A stretch of 64,000 nucleotides of DNA from Anaerolineae bacterium (lineage in GTDB: Bacteria; Chloroflexota; Anaerolineae; Aggregatilineales; Phototrophicaceae). Position numbers and translations under genes: made by a program. Below, in pieces: positions 44,807-53,850 of this stretch. How positions within the stretch are numbered: position 1 is the stretch's first letter; each line of letters opens with the position of its first letter. The notes under the pieces were generated by a model, which saw only the letters and a list, made by a program, of their open reading frames with translations, made no database searches and was not told the origin of the DNA. The DNA is taken from assembly GCA_022841825.1 (NCBI GenBank), contig JALHQT010000006.1, forward strand, positions 371,378 to 435,377, read 5' to 3'.

Positions 44807-45970
44807 ATGCCTGTTTACGATTTCACTCAGAATGTTGACCGCAGCGGCACCCACAGCGTCAAGTGGACGATGTACGGCGAGGATGTGCTGCCGATGTGGG
44901 TGGCGGATATGGAATTCGGCGTCCCGCCCGCCATCATGGAGGCGCTGCGCGCCCGGCTCGAACACCCCGTCTTCGGCTACCAGGAAGATTCGCCCTCGCT
45001 GCGCGCAGCCATCGCCGAACGCCAGGCGGCGCGCTACGGTTGGCAGGTCAACCCCGATTGGATCGTGCTGCTGCCTGGGTTGGTCGCCGGGCTGAATCTC
45101 GTCGCGCATGTCGTCGGCGAACGCGGTGATGGCGTCGTCATCACGCCGCCGATCTATCCGCCATTCCTGCATGTCTGTCACTTGCACGACCGCCAGCAGC
45201 AGGACGCGCCGCTGACTCTGCACCGCGAGGGGCAGTTGATGCATTACACGCTGGACGCGGACGTCCTGCGCGCAGCCATCACTGAACGCTCGCGCCTGCT
45301 GCTGTTCTGCAATCCGCATAACCCGGCAGGGCGCACCTTCACCCGCGAGGAACTGCTGCAGGTGGCGGCGGTCGCCGAGCAGCACAACCTGATCCTGGGC
45401 TCCGATGAAATCCATGCCGAACTGACCCTGGGGGAGTCGCAGCACATCCCGCTTGCCTCGCTCGCGCCAGAGATCGAAGCGCGCAGCATCACACTGGTCG
45501 CGCCGAGCAAGGCATTCAATATCCCTGGCTTGGGCTGCGCCGCCGCCATCATCCCCGACGCCGAACTGCGTCAAAAGCTGCGCATGGCAAAGTTCGGTTT
45601 CGGCGCGCTGACGAACAATCTTGGCTACGTGGCGGCAGAGGCGGCTTTTCGTCACGGCGACGAATGGCTGACGGCACTCCTGGCACAACTCACGATCAAT
45701 CGAGACATGATGGTGGAATTCGTCCAGACGCATCTGCCGGGTGTCGCCGTCACGCGCCCACAGGCGACTTATCTGTCCTGGCTGGATTTCCGCGAGATCG
45801 GGATCGAGAAACCTGCCGCGTTCTTCCTGGAGAAGGCAAAGGTGGCATTGAACGAAGGTGAAACCTTTGGGCAAGGGGGCGCGGGCTTTGCGCGGCTCAA
45901 CTTCGGTTGTTCGCCAGGGATGCTGATGGAGGGGTTGGGGCGGTTGGAACAGGCGATTCAGACGCGCTAG
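44807..45970 (+). CDS. MalY/PatB-type PLP-dependent cystathionine beta-lyase / aminotransferase
   Basis: Starts at the internal ATG 44807 (MPVYDFTQNVDRSGTHSVKWTMYG). NPHNPAGR, and SKAFNIPGL (PLP lysine). Confidence 0.85.
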   Translation: MPVYDFTQNVDRSGTHSVKWTMYGEDVLPMWVADMEFGVPPAIMEALRARLEHPVFGYQEDSPSLRAAIAERQAARYGWQVNPDWIVLLPGLVAGLNLVAHVVGERGDGVVITPPIYPPFLHVCHLHDRQQQDAPLTLHREGQLMHYTLDADVLRAAITERSRLLLFCNPHNPAGRTFTREELLQVAAVAEQHNLILGSDEIHAELTLGESQHIPLASLAPEIEARSITLVAPSKAFNIPGLGCAAAIIPDAELRQKLRMAKFGFGALTNNLGYVAAEAAFRHGDEWLTALLAQLTINRDMMVEFVQTHLPGVAVTRPQATYLSWLDFREIGIEKPAAFFLEKAKVALNEGETFGQGGAGFARLNFGCSPGMLMEGLGRLEQAIQTR

Positions 45971-45975
45971 GGACG

Positions 45976-46112
45976 TTATCCCAAATTATCCCAAATTTAA
46001 CCCTAGTTAATGATCATGATTGATCATGATCCGAATACGCCCCCCTAACGATCTTCTGACGATTCCTGAACCATGATCACCCCCCTATGGTGATCGTGAG
46101 TGATCGCGGATC
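45976..46112. repeat. Tandem TTATCCCAAAT x2 followed by an AT-rich TGATC-heptamer block carrying 8 GATC sites
   Basis: ttatcccaaa occurs at 45976-45985 and 45987-45996. GATC sites lie at 46012, 46022, 46028, 46050, 46075, 46092, 46102 and 46109. Confidence 0.6.
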
Positions 46113-46274
46113 GTCATGCGCCGATGCGAATCGCGCTTTTTTGTGGGCGATTCGGCGGTAAAACGTCAGCCGGGGTAGGGAGCGCACCACGCCAGGCTAT
46201 GCTACAATCGGCGCACCATCTGAGACCGCCGATGCCCGCCAATGGCAGGCATCCCAAAGCAAAAGGAGTATCGC

Positions 46275-47318
46275 GTGAACAAGCGTTTTTGGAACGCGAT
46301 CATCATCCTCGTCGTTCTGGTCATGATCGCAGCGCCGGTGTCGGCACAGGAAAACGCCAACAGCGTCCAGATCAACTATGTCGCCTGCGGCGATGCGGGT
46401 GTCATCAACGTCAGCGGCACGCTGCTGGCAGGCTGGGATATTTATTACCAGCTCTTCGATAGTGCCGGCGGCGCAGGCAACGCGCTCTCGTCCTTGCGCC
46501 AGCTCTCGGTGGATGGCAGTTATGCCGTCAGCGAGCGCCTGCCGTATGCCAACGGGGCGACCCTCGGCGCGGGCGCGACGGGCAGCGCGCGCGTGCTAAT
46601 TGCGCGGGACACCAACAGCAGCAGCGTCGACTTCCAGACGACCGTCAACGACGTGAATGACGGCTGTTCCAACCCGCAGAATGCCGCCGCGTCCAGCGTC
46701 GATACCGGGTCAGGCGCGCCCTCCGGCAGCGGAGCAAGCGCAGCGGTGCGCATCCTCGCGCCGGGCAGCGGTTTCCTCAACCCGAACCTGGAACAAGAAG
46801 AGGTGGTCTTCGTCGGCGCGCGCCCCAGCTTGCAGTTCCGTTCGCAAACGCCGGGGCTGGTCTTCGCCGAATGCGATGGCTTCCAACTGGCGACCCCGGG
46901 TCTCGTCTATGACACCGACAGCGTGACGATCTTTTGGTCGTGGTTCACACGCACCAGCGCCCAGATGGATCAGCACCTGGCGACCGCGCAGTACTCGGTA
47001 CGCCTGAATACCGCGCTGCTGGATAACGTCACGCGCAGCGAGCCGGGTCGGCGCGGCGGCGTGAATACCTGGGTCTTCTTCCAATCGACGGTCGGCAATT
47101 TGCAGCCGGGGCATTACGAAGTCGAGTATAAGCTGTCGTGGAGCGAGCCACATTTTGACGGCTATGATGACTACGGACCCGGCACGGAGAACCCCGAACT
47201 GACGGGACGCTGCAACTTCAACATTCTGCGCAATCCCGACGGGGTCAACGTCACGACCTATAACTTAAAGTACTTCCCGACGGATTACCCGGTTCACGAC
47301 CTGCTGCCTGGGCAGTAA
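46275..47318 (+). CDS. Secreted/anchored protein of unknown function
   Basis: AAGGAG lies 7 nt upstream of the GTG at 46275. Signal/anchor KRFWNAIIILVVLVMIAAPVSAQ. I recognise no motif. Confidence 0.55.
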   Translation: MNKRFWNAIIILVVLVMIAAPVSAQENANSVQINYVACGDAGVINVSGTLLAGWDIYYQLFDSAGGAGNALSSLRQLSVDGSYAVSERLPYANGATLGAGATGSARVLIARDTNSSSVDFQTTVNDVNDGCSNPQNAAASSVDTGSGAPSGSGASAAVRILAPGSGFLNPNLEQEEVVFVGARPSLQFRSQTPGLVFAECDGFQLATPGLVYDTDSVTIFWSWFTRTSAQMDQHLATAQYSVRLNTALLDNVTRSEPGRRGGVNTWVFFQSTVGNLQPGHYEVEYKLSWSEPHFDGYDDYGPGTENPELTGRCNFNILRNPDGVNVTTYNLKYFPTDYPVHDLLPGQ

Positions 47319-47355
47319 CGCATTTGTGAATTAATTCACAACTATAGGTTCGACA

Positions 47356-47421
47356 GTAGGGGCGACCCATGGGCGACCGCGCGCGGAGCAGCGCGGAAGT
47401 CCCTTTAGGGGTCGCCCCTAC
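47356..47421. repeat. Extended REP-like element: 12-bp perfect outer stem GTAGGGGCGACC / GGTCGCCCCTAC
   Basis: gtaggggcgacc (47356-47367) pairs with ggtcgcccctac (47410-47421). It lies between convergent genes, and the TAG stop of the minus-strand gene (47418-47420) lies inside the right arm. Confidence 0.65.
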
Positions 47422-48164
47422 GGATTCCAATCATCAAGGTTTCGTCGCAGCGGATGAATGATGCTGTAGTAGAGCGCCGCACCCAGAGCCGCCAGCGCAA
47501 TCCCGACCCACGCCACGACCCAGACGACGGGCGGAATCAAGGGCGCGACGGCTGCGCTGAAGGCTGCCGCGTCGTTCCGCGCCGCGCCTAGTCTGGCGTC
47601 CGCATTGCCGATCAGCCCGACCAGATCGAGGACGGCATTCAACGCGGTCGCAACGGCAAGCGTGTTCAGGACGAGCAGGTTAAGCACCCCGCCACCCTTC
47701 CAGCCCAGCAAGCCCAACAGCGCGCCGCTGACCAAACCGACCAGCAGCGCGATCGGCGACGACCACGTATAGAACAGCGTCAACACGATCAACCCGATGC
47801 CCAGCGCGAAGGCGATGACCCGCGTATAGCGCACGGTATTCGTCAGATAAAACAGCAGCGCGCCAAAGAACGCCGCGCCCAGGTATCCCGCGGGCAGAAT
47901 CGCGGCGAGGCTGCCACCCGACGTGAGTGCGTAGCCGCTGCCGTTCGAATTGACGACGAAGCTGTTGAGCGACCCGCTCGTCAAAATCGCGGCAAGCCCG
48001 TGCCCGCTTTCGTGGACAAACGTCACGAACAAACGCAGCGGATAGAGAAGAAAGCTGACCGCCTCGACATTCCACAGGACAAAGACCAGCAGAAAAGCGA
48101 CGAAACTGGTCAGCAGCGCGTTGCGCCGAAAATGGCGCGATTCAGACATCTTCAGGGTGTCCAC
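47418..48164 (-). CDS. M50B-like integral membrane metallopeptidase
   Basis: 248 aa. HExxH in a TM context (FVHESGHGLAA) and about 6 TM helices. Confidence 0.65.
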   Translation of the reverse strand: MDTLKMSESRHFRRNALLTSFVAFLLVFVLWNVEAVSFLLYPLRLFVTFVHESGHGLAAILTSGSLNSFVVNSNGSGYALTSGGSLAAILPAGYLGAAFFGALLFYLTNTVRYTRVIAFALGIGLIVLTLFYTWSSPIALLVGLVSGALLGLLGWKGGGVLNLLVLNTLAVATALNAVLDLVGLIGNADARLGAARNDAAAFSAAVAPLIPPVVWVVAWVGIALAALGAALYYSIIHPLRRNLDDWNP

Positions 48165-48250
48165 TTGTCAGTCTGCACTTTCAACTTTTGACGGCTCGCC
48201 TACAATTGGCAGAATTGTGCGCGATGTGAAAAGACTCAAATGAGCTTTTT

Positions 48251-48278
48251 CGTACTGCGCACCACGCACTTCGCACGG
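48251..48278. repeat. Heptamer array 4 x CG(C/T)ACNN
   Basis: cgtactg cgcacca cgcactt cgcacgg, preceded by ttttt. Confidence 0.5.
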
Positions 48279-48315
48279 CTTTCTGTAGAGTATACGCAAA
48301 CAAGGACGGTTTCGT

Positions 48316-49197
48316 TTGGAAACAGATGCCATCCGCTTTGGGACAGTCGGTTCACCACAGACGACGCGCGAAAGCGGCACCATTGCCGCCATCCATCACA
48401 TCCGCGAGCTGGGCTTGCAGCATCTGGAGATCGCCTGGGTGCAGAGTGTGCGCGTCAGCGATGAGATGTGCGCGCAGATCAAAGCTGCGGGCGAGAAAGC
48501 TGGGATCACCCTCAGCATCCACGCGCCCTACTTCATCAACCTGAACAGCCAGACGGCGGAACTGATGGAAAAGAGCGACGCGCGTCTGCTGGCGGCGGCG
48601 CGCAAAGGCTATCTGGCAGGCGCGCGCGACATCGTTTTTCACCCCGGCAGTTATCACAGTCAGCCGCCGGAGCAGGTTTACGAGCGCGCGAAGCAGAAGA
48701 TGATCGAGATCACGGGCATCCTGCGCGAAGAAGGCGTCCAGGTCAATCTGCGCCCGGAGACGATGGGCAAAGGCGCGATGTTCGGCAACCTGGACGAAGT
48801 CGTCCAACTCAGCAAGGAAGTCCCTGGCGTGCTGCCCTGCATCGATTGGGCGCATCTGCACGCCCGCGCGGGCGATGGGAGCTTCAACAGCTATGCCGAA
48901 TTCGCCGACGCGCTCGGACGGGTGCGGGATACACTGGGTGAAGAAGGCATGAAGCGGCTGCACTTTCACATCAGCGGCATTGCCTACACCGCCAAAGGCG
49001 AGAAGGAGCATCTGCCGCTCAACGAAGCAGACCTGCGCTACCGCGAGCTGCTGCAAGCGTTCATCGATTACGGTGTAGCGGGCACAGCAGCCATCGAAGC
49101 GCCGGAGCCATTTCACACCGCCGACGCGCTCACCTTCCAGGCGACCTATCGCCGCCTGCTCGGCGCAGGCGAAGACAGCAAAGACGAAGAGGGATAA
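48316..49197 (+). CDS. Endonuclease IV (Nfo)-like TIM-barrel protein
   Basis: 293 aa. TTG start. IHAPYFINLNS, VFHPGSY, RPETMGKGAMFGNLDEV and CIDWAHLHA parallel the Nfo metal-binding motifs. Confidence 0.6.
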   Translation: METDAIRFGTVGSPQTTRESGTIAAIHHIRELGLQHLEIAWVQSVRVSDEMCAQIKAAGEKAGITLSIHAPYFINLNSQTAELMEKSDARLLAAARKGYLAGARDIVFHPGSYHSQPPEQVYERAKQKMIEITGILREEGVQVNLRPETMGKGAMFGNLDEVVQLSKEVPGVLPCIDWAHLHARAGDGSFNSYAEFADALGRVRDTLGEEGMKRLHFHISGIAYTAKGEKEHLPLNEADLRYRELLQAFIDYGVAGTAAIEAPEPFHTADALTFQATYRRLLGAGEDSKDEEG

Positions 49198-49212
49198 CCG
49201 CGATGACACGAT

Positions 49213-49267
49213 GAACGCGAAGATTAATCAGATCTTCTTCGCGTTCTTCGCGCCTTCGCGGTTTCGC
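49213..49267. repeat. CGAAG/TTCGCG heptamer hairpin at the 5' end of the next gene
   Basis: gaacgcgaagat taatca gatcttcttcgcgttc ttcgcgccttcgcggtttc. Confidence 0.45.
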
Positions 49268-49291
49268 ATATTTTTCAATCAAAGGGCGATT

Positions 49292-51205
49292 ATGCCGTTA
49301 CTGGTCTGGTTCATTTTTGCTGCCGTCATCGTCGGCGCGGGCGCGATGCTCTCGCCCGCCTGGGTCACGCGGCAGCCGCGCATCGGTCTCGCCGCCGCGC
49401 TTTCGCTGGCGCTCGTCATCGGCGGGTCGCTCTTCATTGCCGCCCTCTTTGGCTGGCAAAGCATCGTCGTCGATTACCTGCTGTTCGCGCTGGTGACGAG
49501 CATCTTTCTCTTCGGCACGCTCACCCTGGGGCAAAAGCGCGCCGAAGAACGCGGCGTCGCCATCGGGGATTTCCTGGAAGGCTGGACGGGACCGCGAGAC
49601 CTGCTGCTGTTCGCGTTTGTCGCGCTGGTCTTTCTTGCACCCGTGTTAATCTTTCCAACCCCCCTGGGAACGGACGCGCAGGGTTTCGGCTATCTGGCGC
49701 TGATGATGCGCCAGGGCGGGACGCTCGACACACTCGCGCCCTGGCAGCCCAGCGTCGATTATCTCTACGCACCGGGCTTCTCGTCGCTGACCGCCTACCT
49801 CAACCAGCAGCTCGACATCGGCTTGCACACCATCCAGTTCGCGATTAGCGCGGTGCTGTGTACTCTGCTCGTCTGGCTGGCGTATGACTTTGGCAGCGAA
49901 ATGCGCGATAAGCGCCTGGGGCGCGCGATGGCGCTGGCGACGCTGATCGGCACAGGGCTACTGACCGCCTATCTCGACTCCCACTTCACCACGCTGCTCG
50001 CGCTGGTCTTCGCCTTCGCCTTCCTGATCTACGTCATGCGCTACCTGCGTGAAGGCAAACGGGCGGATGCCATCGCTGGCGGGCTGATGCTCGGCGCGGT
50101 CATCATCTGCCATCCCGATACGACGATCATCCTCGCGCTCGGCTACGCGCCATGGCTGGTCACGATGTGGTTTGGCAAGCCGCGCCCCACGCCGCGAGTC
50201 TGGCTCATGCTCGCCGTCGCCGTTCCCCTGATCGCCCTGCTCGCCATCGCACCCTGGCTGTGGAGCATCCGCGATCTGCTTGGCGCAGAGATCGTTTCGC
50301 CATTCGCGCGCAATCTGGAGTACTGGCGGTTGATGGTCATCTACCAGGGCGTCATCATCGTGCCGCTGGCGCTGCTCGGCGCGCTCGTCGGCATACGCGA
50401 CCGTGACCAGGCGGCGATCCTGTCGCTGGGATGGGTGATCGTCGCGCTGGACTTTGCCACGACCGGGCTGCTGCCCACCCTCCTCGGCGGGCTGCTCGCG
50501 CCGATCCTGCGCTACGACTATCCGTTCAGCATCGCCTGGCACGCGCCCATCATCCCCTACAGCATCCTCGGCGGCATGGGTTTGCTGTGGCTGTGGGATC
50601 GCTTCGCACAGGCGCGCTTCGGCGCGGCGCTGCATCGCTTTGCGCCGGCGCTGCTCGTGGGCGGCATCCTCGTCGTGCTGGCGGTGATCGCCCTGCGCGA
50701 GCCAATCCTGCGCGCCAGCCGAGGCGTCGTCGGCATTTACGGCGCGTATTCATCGGCGGCGGATGTGGCGGCGATGGAGTGGCTTAAGCTGACCACCCCG
50801 GATGATGCACTCATCCTCAACCATCCGGGTCCCCATGAAGCAGATTGGGCACCGGTCATCAGCGAGCGCGAGGCGATCTACTTCCGTCCGCAGCCGTTCT
50901 TCCGCGATAACGACAGCGGCGAAGTCGGCACCGTCGATACGCTGTCGCCGACGCAGGAACGCCTGCTCGCCTTCTGGCGCGATCCAGCGGACACGGCGAA
51001 CGCCGCGCTGCTGCGCGCTGAAGGAGTCGATTTTGTGCTGGTACCGCAGATCATCAGCAATCCGGCGAGCATCGAAACGCTCTACCGCTGGCGTCCGCCG
51101 TTCATCAATGCGCGCGTCACGACCGAGTCCTGTGTCTGCGATGCGCCGTATCTGACGCGCGTCTTCGCGCAGGACGGAGCCGAGGTGTATGCGCTCAATC
51201 CATGA
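49292..51205 (+). CDS. Large polytopic membrane protein, GT-C-like putative glycosyltransferase
   Basis: Starts at the internal ATG 49292 (MPLLVWFIFAAVIVGAGAML). More than 12 TM helices are followed by a soluble C-terminal domain. The 27 codons upstream in the track ORF are repeat DNA. Confidence 0.55.
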   Translation: MPLLVWFIFAAVIVGAGAMLSPAWVTRQPRIGLAAALSLALVIGGSLFIAALFGWQSIVVDYLLFALVTSIFLFGTLTLGQKRAEERGVAIGDFLEGWTGPRDLLLFAFVALVFLAPVLIFPTPLGTDAQGFGYLALMMRQGGTLDTLAPWQPSVDYLYAPGFSSLTAYLNQQLDIGLHTIQFAISAVLCTLLVWLAYDFGSEMRDKRLGRAMALATLIGTGLLTAYLDSHFTTLLALVFAFAFLIYVMRYLREGKRADAIAGGLMLGAVIICHPDTTIILALGYAPWLVTMWFGKPRPTPRVWLMLAVAVPLIALLAIAPWLWSIRDLLGAEIVSPFARNLEYWRLMVIYQGVIIVPLALLGALVGIRDRDQAAILSLGWVIVALDFATTGLLPTLLGGLLAPILRYDYPFSIAWHAPIIPYSILGGMGLLWLWDRFAQARFGAALHRFAPALLVGGILVVLAVIALREPILRASRGVVGIYGAYSSAADVAAMEWLKLTTPDDALILNHPGPHEADWAPVISEREAIYFRPQPFFRDNDSGEVGTVDTLSPTQERLLAFWRDPADTANAALLRAEGVDFVLVPQIISNPASIETLYRWRPPFINARVTTESCVCDAPYLTRVFAQDGAEVYALNP

Positions 51206-51214
51206 GAAAATCAT

Positions 51215-51244
51215 GTGTAGGGGCGCAAGGCGTTGCGCCCCTGC
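51215..51244. repeat. REP-like palindromic element, perfect 9-bp stem
   Basis: gtgtaggggcgcaa ggcg ttgcgcccctgc, 10 nt after the stop at 51205. Confidence 0.7.
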
Positions 51245-51273
51245 TTGACAAACATATCTAACACTGTTAGATT
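51245..51273 (+). promoter_or_regulatory. Promoter (TTGACA - 17 nt - TAGATT) overlapped by a palindromic TetR operator
   Basis: ttgaca at 51245-51250. The palindrome is atctaac-act-gttagat at 51256-51272. tagatt at 51268-51273. The ATG of the TetR gene is at 51286. Confidence 0.55.
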
Positions 51274-51285
51274 ATAGGACATCGT

Positions 51286-51906
51286 ATGGGACTTAAAGAA
51301 CGACGCGAACGCGAACGCCTGGCGCTGCGCAGTGCAATTCTGACCGCAGCGCGGAAGCTGGCAGCCGAGCAAGGCTGGACGGCTGTTTCGATCCGCAAGA
51401 TCGCCGAGCAGATCGAGTACAGCCCGCCCATGATCTACGAGTACTTCGCAGATAAGGACAGCCTGCTCTGGGCGCTCAACGATGTCGGCTACCATGAGCT
51501 TCAGGCACGTTTACAACCTGTCATCGACGCCGCCCAGACTGCCGAAACCGCGCTGCGCGAAATGTCCGGCGAGTACTGGGACTATGCCCATCAGCACCCG
51601 GAAATGTTCCGCGTCATGAATGGGCTGGATGGCGCGTACCTGGGTCCGCTCGATAAGGACAATAAGCCCGCCGCCATGCTCAGTGCGATGGCGCAGGTGC
51701 TGGCGGTGATCGAGCGCTGGGGAGTCGAAAATCGCATGACCGTCCGCGACCCGGAAGGCACCTTCCTCAGCTACTGGTGCGCCGTCAACGGCATGGTGAC
51801 CACGTCGCTCGCTGGGCGCATCCCGCTCGATAAGGGTCATGGGCGTGCCCTGGTTCAGGATACCGTCACCGCCCTCCTCACCGGGTGGAAGGTGATGTGG
51901 ACGTAG
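51286..51906 (+). CDS. TetR/AcrR family transcriptional regulator
   Basis: 206 aa. HTH: AARKLAAEQGWTAVSIRKIAEQIEYSPPMIYEYFADKDSLL. Confidence 0.85.
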   Translation: MGLKERRERERLALRSAILTAARKLAAEQGWTAVSIRKIAEQIEYSPPMIYEYFADKDSLLWALNDVGYHELQARLQPVIDAAQTAETALREMSGEYWDYAHQHPEMFRVMNGLDGAYLGPLDKDNKPAAMLSAMAQVLAVIERWGVENRMTVRDPEGTFLSYWCAVNGMVTTSLAGRIPLDKGHGRALVQDTVTALLTGWKVMWT

Positions 51907-51930
51907 GGGCGAACCCATATGTGCGCCCGC
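51902..51930. repeat. REP-like element (GTAGGGGCG family, degenerate)
   Basis: cgtaggggcgaacccatatgtgcgcccgc. It overlaps the TetR gene stop. Confidence 0.5.
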
Positions 51931-51980
51931 ATCAAGCGAACCCATCGGCATCGCTATCGTCATTGCTGTACCCAAAGAAC

Positions 51981-52004
51981 CCTCATGTTGTGAGGCGTTT
52001 TTTT
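51981..52004 (+). terminator. Weak intrinsic terminator (5-bp stem plus T7 tract)
   Basis: cctca tgttg tgagg cg ttttttt. Confidence 0.35.
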
Positions 52005-52010
52005 GGCGAC

Positions 52011-52028
52011 ATCTTAACACTGTTCGAT
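52011..52028. promoter_or_regulatory. Second copy of the TetR operator-like motif, upstream of the SDR gene
   Basis: atcttaacactgttcgat compared with atctaacactgttagat at 51256-51272. It lies 28 nt upstream of the ATG at 52056. Confidence 0.5.
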
Positions 52029-52055
52029 AATTGACCATCTATACGGAGAGCAATC

Positions 52056-53057
52056 ATGAACACATTCGTCACAGGCGCAACCGGACTGCTGGGTGGAAAC
52101 CTCGTCCGCCTGCTCATCGCCCAGGGGCACACCGTCAAGGCGCTGGTCAGAAGCCAGGAAAAGGCGCGCAAGCTGTTCGGCACCACCCAGGGGATCACAT
52201 TTGTTCAGGGCGACATGGAGGACGTGGGCAAGTTCAGCGACGCGCTCGAAGGCTGCGACATCCTCTTCCACACCGCCGCCTATTTCCGCGAATACTATGG
52301 CGCAGGCGACGACCACTGGCACAGGCTGGAAGCGATCAACATCACGGGCACGATGCAGCTTCTCGATGCGGCGGAGCGCGCAGGCATACGCAAGACGATC
52401 TACGTCAGTTCCTCAGGCGTCATCGGCAAGCGCACCGACGGTCAGCCGGGCGACGAAAGCACGCCGCCCAACGGACTCAGCCTGGACAACCTCTACTTTC
52501 GCAGCAAGGTGATCGGCGAGGAACGGGTCGCGGAATTCGTCAAGACTCATGAGATGCCTGTCGTCCTCATCCTACCCACCTGGATGTACGGACCCTATGA
52601 CGCGGCACCCACCGGTGCCGGGCAGCTCGTGCAAAATTTCCTGCGCGGCAATCTTGCCGCCGCCTTCCCTGGTGGCTCGATGGTCGTGGATGCGCGTGAT
52701 GTCGCGCAGGCAATGATGACGGCGGTGGAGTGTGGAAAAAGCGGTGAACGATATATCATTGGGGGCGAGTTCCGGACGATTGCGGAAATCGCCGCCATGC
52801 TATCGCAGGTGACCGGGATGCCGGGACCGCGTCTGACGCTGCCACGCCCCGCTGCGCTCGCCTTTGGCTGGGTCAATCAACAGATCGCCCGCCTCACCGG
52901 GGGCGAACCGCTCATCACCGTCGAGGCAGTGCGGACGATTGGCAGCAACGTCAACGTGCGGTCGGATAAAGCGATCCGTGAACTGAATGTCCGTTTTCGT
53001 CCCTTCGACGAGACCATACGCGATACCGTCGCGTGGATGCGGCAGCACATGGCATAA
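52056..53057 (+). CDS. NAD(P)-dependent epimerase/dehydratase family SDR (dihydroflavonol-reductase-like)
   Basis: 333 aa. VTGATGLLGGNLV Rossmann motif and YFRSK (YxxxK). Confidence 0.88.
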   Translation: MNTFVTGATGLLGGNLVRLLIAQGHTVKALVRSQEKARKLFGTTQGITFVQGDMEDVGKFSDALEGCDILFHTAAYFREYYGAGDDHWHRLEAINITGTMQLLDAAERAGIRKTIYVSSSGVIGKRTDGQPGDESTPPNGLSLDNLYFRSKVIGEERVAEFVKTHEMPVVLILPTWMYGPYDAAPTGAGQLVQNFLRGNLAAAFPGGSMVVDARDVAQAMMTAVECGKSGERYIIGGEFRTIAEIAAMLSQVTGMPGPRLTLPRPAALAFGWVNQQIARLTGGEPLITVEAVRTIGSNVNVRSDKAIRELNVRFRPFDETIRDTVAWMRQHMA

Positions 53058-53070
53058 GAGGAGTAAGCGT

Positions 53071-53805
53071 GTGAAAGAGGCGATGGCGATCATCGAGCGC
53101 ATTCGGCAGGTCAACGAGACACATCAGCATCTTGAGTTGGCGGTCGAACCCTGGCTGGCGGAGATCAAACCGGGGCAATCGCTCCTGGCACGCACCACCA
53201 CCACCTGGGACCCGTATCTGCGCGAGCAGTGGTATCCCGTCGCAGCCACAAAAGCGCTGCTGACGATTGAGCGCCCGCTGACGACGGTGGTTAGCCCGGG
53301 GCAGGTCGTCAATCTTCTGGGGATCGTTGGCAAGCCCTATCGCTTCCGCAAGACTCTGCGCAATGTGCTGCTGCTCGCCTACAATACCGAGCCTACGCCG
53401 CTCATCATGATGATTGACATGCTGCTCAAGAATCGCGTCAGCGTCACGCTCGTCCTGCTTGGCGATGCCGCGAACTATGGCACGACCCATCTCCCGCCGG
53501 AAGTCGAAATCCTCAAGGGAGACCACGAGATGAACTGGGCAAATCGGGTGACGACGATTGGATGGGCGGATCAGGTCTTCGCGGTCGTGCCGCAGGCGGA
53601 TGAGCCTGGGCACTTCCGGCGGCTCTATGAGATGTTCACACAGCTCCGGGCAGACATCCCGCAGGGGCATCTGTGGGGGATATTTCGCCCGCCCCTCCCC
53701 TGCGGAATCGGTGCGTGTTCGTCATGTCTGGTGCGCGTGAAGGGAGAACATCTTGCAGCGTGTACCCAGGGTCCCGCATTCGATCTGGCGGCGGTCATGG
53801 GGTGA
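53071..53805 (+). CDS. PyrK-like electron-transfer subunit with a C-terminal [2Fe-2S] cysteine motif
   Basis: AAGAGGAG lies 7 nt upstream of the GTG at 53071. The C-terminal PCGIGACSSCLV...AACTQGP matches the DHOD-B Fe-S binding pattern. No catalytic partner gene is adjacent. Confidence 0.65.
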   Translation: MKEAMAIIERIRQVNETHQHLELAVEPWLAEIKPGQSLLARTTTTWDPYLREQWYPVAATKALLTIERPLTTVVSPGQVVNLLGIVGKPYRFRKTLRNVLLLAYNTEPTPLIMMIDMLLKNRVSVTLVLLGDAANYGTTHLPPEVEILKGDHEMNWANRVTTIGWADQVFAVVPQADEPGHFRRLYEMFTQLRADIPQGHLWGIFRPPLPCGIGACSSCLVRVKGEHLAACTQGPAFDLAAVMG

Positions 53806-53850
53806 AACCGTCCGGGCAACCCAATGGATCGCCCGGATACAACCGTCTGG

